NCBI GenBank assembly: GCA_010356995.1
Contig: ML996693.1
Location: forward strand, 496,001-560,000
Reading direction: 5' to 3'
DNA: 64,000 nt
From: Trichodelitschia bisporula
Lineage: Eukaryota
The notes beneath the pieces were generated by a model. That model was not told where the DNA came from and made no database searches. It worked only from the letters and a program-made list of their open reading frames with translations. The position numbers were made by a program, and so were the translations under genes. Below, in pieces: positions 60,101 through 64,000 of the stretch. The stretch's first letter is position 1. Every line of letters starts with the position of its first letter.

Positions 60101-62866
60101 CAAGCCTCAGTTGACGCCTTAAGGTTTACGATGCCGTTGTGTGGGTGGTTGCTGCGCGTCGGTCGGTACGTCGCGGCATCGCGGAGACGCAATTGGCGCT
60201 GGCGGCAGCCCCCACCCCTCCCACCCCTCCCCTCCGGACATCATTACGGAGAAGAGGCACGCGAATGTGGTGTACCAAGAATTGAAAGTTCGGAGGAACG
60301 TCCTTGTCAAGCGCGGTCTTTGCCGATGGGATCTCCAGAAGACGTCCCATCTTTTTCCATTTCCGCTTCCACAGACCCACGTCGCGTAAACCCAGGGTAC
60401 ATACCTACCGCGAAAGAACCCCTCCAGATGCCTAATTACAGCCCCGCCATGAATAATATATATGTGTGAGTTGTACACACCAGGGTCATGGAAGGTGGGG
60501 CAGAGAAGCAGGAGGGGTCGAAGAGTGAGCAATATCGAAGTGTGCGCAGCAAGCACCTCCAGTGATTCCGGTCAGGCGTGAAAAACGCGATGCACCGAAG
60601 AGGCGTAAAAGCAGGCTCACAAGACAGCTTCCAGAGACTCATGCGGCATTCGGAGTATCACGCTGATTCCTCCGGTTATCGTTCTCCACTCATATCTCGC
60701 CGGGCCTTTCGATTGTATGTACGATTCAAGTATTGGAGCGGGGCGGGGCAGCTAGGCGTAAGGTCAGAAGCGCAAGACTGCAATACTCACAGATGCAGGT
60801 GGAAAACCTGCATCAAACGCGCATAGAGCAAAGACCAAGTGCCTTTACTATTGAATCCTTGATCCTCACCATGAAGGCGGAAGATTGACGAGTGGCAGAT
60901 GGTCTGGGGCGCCGACACGAGACGCCAGGCTTGCTGCAGTTGACACACGAAACCGAAGATGGAGCTCCGACACGAAAAAGCAATGATGATTGCGCCAGCT
61001 GCGGGCCGCCCCAAACGGCGCATGAGTGGGTACGGGATATCTCGCACATTGCCGCACTAATTATGCAAGGTAATTATGGATTACCGGTATGGAGACTTGG
61101 GAACAAATCGATGCCGGCTCAAAGATAGGATGGGGAATTTGGGGGTGAGGTGTTGTTTTGACGTCGTTGTCTGCTGTCCCTTTGTTTGTTGACGTGTTTT
61201 GGATGTTCGTTGATACCAGTCGAGTCAAGGACGACGCGACGGAACTAAACCTTGCGAACCTAGACTATGAGAGCGGATCAATCGCGACCATTCGATGCAT
61301 ACATTATGTACATCACTACGGGGTACGTCCATGCTGCCCAGAGGCTACGGGTTGGTTGGAGGTATGTGCGTACAGTGTCATGGGAAAGTCGTACGTACCT
61401 CATCACAGCAAAGCGGCTCGTCAGACCCGTCAATGTATGCAGCAGACCAGTGGTTAGTCAGTGAAGTCGAGCATCAGGTCTGACGACATCCGAAAGAGTA
61501 TCAGTGTAGCAGTAATTGCCTTTGCAGCACGCTTCTGAGAGCCTACCAGTCCGTACATATTGGAGAGCTAGAGGATGAGCTGTTGAAGACCTGCAGGTTT
61601 TAATGTTGACTGTTATTACCTGCTCCTCAAGCAGCAGCGCCGGGACCCATAGATAGATTGAGGGGGTACCCTTGAGCATCTTCATCCTCCCTTTCCCTTT
61701 CTCTCTCTCCCTACGAGCTCCACCCCCGTCCATCTCTCTTCCCCGTCCTCCCGCCAGTGTGCAGTTTGTGTGTGCACCACCACGGCCACCATCGCCGACC
61801 CCCGTCACTCTCTCTTCTCTCTCTCTCTCTCATCCAGTGCCCCATCAAGGCCAGTGCCTTATGCCAGTGCCCACACTACCCCGGTCCAACAACCGCGTCG
61901 GTCTAACAAGCGAAGAGCAACGCGCATATGCTAGAAGGCGAGCGTCCCAAGCCAAAGTAACTACAGTCCACATCCCAGGCTTTTTCAACTCAACTATCCC
62001 TCCCTCCGGACCAGCCTAGTTCCCGCTTTCAGTCGAGCTTTGGAAAACAATTCGTCTACAGCCTGGTTTCTCTCTCTCCTCCCCCTCTCTCTCCTCATAA
62101 CCTTCTCTTCTCTCAGCGGGAGGAAAGCTCCGCCGGTGCTTCCCTTCTGTGAAGCAGGGACCCCTTCCCTCATCCTCGTACTCTTTGCTTTGATCCCTAT
62201 TCCCTTGACGAACCGACCAACCTTACTCGTTCCTCGCCCGAACCTGGGAAGGCTTTCGGGTAAACGAAAGCAAAACAGCAAGAGGAAACACTTCTGTCGT
62301 CCTCGCAACCAAACCTCCATACCCTGGCTACCTGTACCATCCTCGCCTTCACGCACTCTCACGCCTTCACACATTACGCCCCCATCCATCATCCTATCCA
62401 TTCTCGCCTTTCTTCCCCCCTCCACCACCCCCGGAGCCTCGCGAACACCCCTCCCTCCTCCCCTCCTCTCTCCAACATACTCCCCGCTCCATCATTCATC
62501 ATCCCTCCTTACAGCCCGCCACTCGTTCCCAAACTTTCTCTTAGCTCTTGCTCTCCCGCTTGAAGCTCTGAGCCTCCAACCGTCCCCCCCCCCCCCAGTT
62601 AACTTCCGCCGTTAGCTTCCCACTCATCACCCCTCCCCCTTCCCCCCGCCCACGCGCGCCGCGTTCAGCTTTGTGGGAGAGATTCGGAGAAAGTACCAGG
62701 GAAAGAGAAAAAAAATAAGACGAAACTAGAGCAGCCAACAGCTTCCTTCTCTGGCTACCCCTCCTCCAAAAACCCTTCCCCCCCTCCACGCCGTCGTCAC
62801 CACCGCTCTACGCCAGTTTCCCCCCTCCTCCTTCTCATCCATGTTTGCTCCGTTAGTCGCCATGCA

Positions 62867-64000
62867 ATGACCGCCAATCCGGTTGCAGCTACCAATTCCT
62901 CGTGTCCTTTTCCTCCTGCTCGTCGACGATTACGCGACTGGGACTTCCGCGAGAATGAACTTTTTGTGGACACCCACGGTACGTCAATGACCCAAAAAAA
63001 TCAGATCCCGACTGCGTTGATGTATGCTGTGCTGCAAACGCGGCTGCAAAGACCTGCAGACCAGCTCCCGTCGCAGGATGCTCGGCGCGCCATAACTGGC
63101 CTGTCCGCATGCCTTGCTTAGGGCCTCCCGCTGTTGCTCGCATTCCTGCTGGTCTCTCCACCTGCATCTGCTTTTATCTCCGCCCGCCTTATTATCTTGA
63201 TCCATTATAACTGACTTATTCCGCTCCTGTCTCAATAGCTCTGCGCCTCTGCCACCGTTGTGGGTGTTTCTGCCGTCGGATTTGCCTTCGGACGTCAAGA
63301 TTACCACTCGCCCGTGAGCCACCCGAACACAGCGCCCACCAAGAGGAAACAGTCCTCGGAGCCAACCAGCCGCCTGATGCCTCCCGATCCATCACAAGCG
63401 CAGCGGGCACGCACAGCACACGGTAGCAGCAGCAATGCTACGACGCCGTCACCCTCCGCCGATAATACATCGTCTCGCCCACCTAGTCGCCTTAGCAACG
63501 ATGGTCGCACGCGGACGCGCAAGGCTCGGAGAATGACGGTCGCGGACGCACCGGCACTAAAGAGGCAGGAAGTAGAGCGCGCAGAGGGTTCAGCGAGTGA
63601 AGACGTTACCTCCGAGTTTGGCGCCCGATTGACTCTCCGCACGCGTCCGTCCTGGATGAAGCGACTCTCCGCCATGTCCTCGAGAAGCACCAGCCCTTCG
63701 CCAAGCCCCCGGCCAGAGTCACCTGCAGTAGCAGCGTCCTTTACGTCCGCTGGTTTCTCCCAAAGCGGGTCGACGGTGCCCATGGTGGGGTCGCGTCCCT
63801 CGCCCTTGCCTCCTAACAAATTGGTGAAGAGGACATCGTCGCAGCGCATACCCTTTGAACCACCCCCAGGAGCAAGGCGGCCAACTCTGCGAAGACCAGC
63901 GACGAGCCACCAGCGATTGGGGAATTTGCACGCCCTTACACGCATCACCGATTATCACCATCCGGAAACTGTGGAGTCGGAGCCTGAGGACGCATTGAGG
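62867..64000 (+). CDS. 5' part of a Ser/Pro/Arg-rich hypothetical protein, truncated by the window end
   Basis: Open frame 63239-64000 (LCASATVVGV..SWMKRLS..PPNKLVKRTSSQR..TLRRPATSHQR). Upstream exons 62867-62978 and 63005-63021 join it in frame if introns 62979-63004 and 63022-63238 are removed. The 5' exon model is tentative. Confidence 0.65.

Noticed and set aside
59669..60469. 266-aa plus-strand ORF
   Set aside because: No recognisable domain or coding bias, and it is overlapped by similar-length ORFs in other frames.
1..64000. tRNA genes, rRNA and intact transposons
   Set aside because: GGTTCGA hits (11761, 12401, 14762, 23229) lack cloverleaf context. No transposase, RT or integrase motifs, LTRs or TIRs were seen by eye.

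Overview
Fungal genomic DNA from a filamentous ascomycete (Pezizomycotina, plausibly a dothideomycete). It is GC-rich and has short GT..AG introns, mostly 44-65 nt, with CTRAC/CTAAY branch sites. I rebuilt about 21 protein-coding genes by hand-splicing the ORF fragments. Recognisable genes: YCR051W-like ankyrin protein, importin-9/KAP114, REV7, an RBR E3 ligase, WDR48/UAF1, PET8, TCAB1/SWT21-like, DUF1446/AtuA, DPP3, an MpaB-like oxygenase, a JmjC oxygenase, ERV29, a nucleoside hydrolase, PUF6, WHI2 and GCN20. Uncharacterised genes: a small secreted 8-Cys peptide, a 'gp1-like' conserved protein, a tandem SnoaL-like pair (second copy frameshifted), an F-box-like orphan, and the 5' part of a Ser/Pro-rich protein. 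There is also a 30-31 bp minisatellite, a 30-N assembly gap and three 5-6 kb gene-free stretches. I found no tRNA, rRNA, CRISPR array or intact transposon. The strongest unexplained signal is at WHI2: about 670 nt upstream of its first AUG contain no AUG in any frame, yet hold an open in-frame extension of about 160 codons with a PPPPY motif, which points to non-AUG (UUG) initiation. Other notable items are the secreted Cys-rich peptide followed by a degenerate second copy, a putative 26-nt intron with a 17-nt microexon and an AUGA-overlapping uORF, a pervasive C-rich-5' to G-rich-3' gradient within genes, and a possible isoprenoid-catabolism neighbourhood. All family assignments come from motif recognition; no database search was run.
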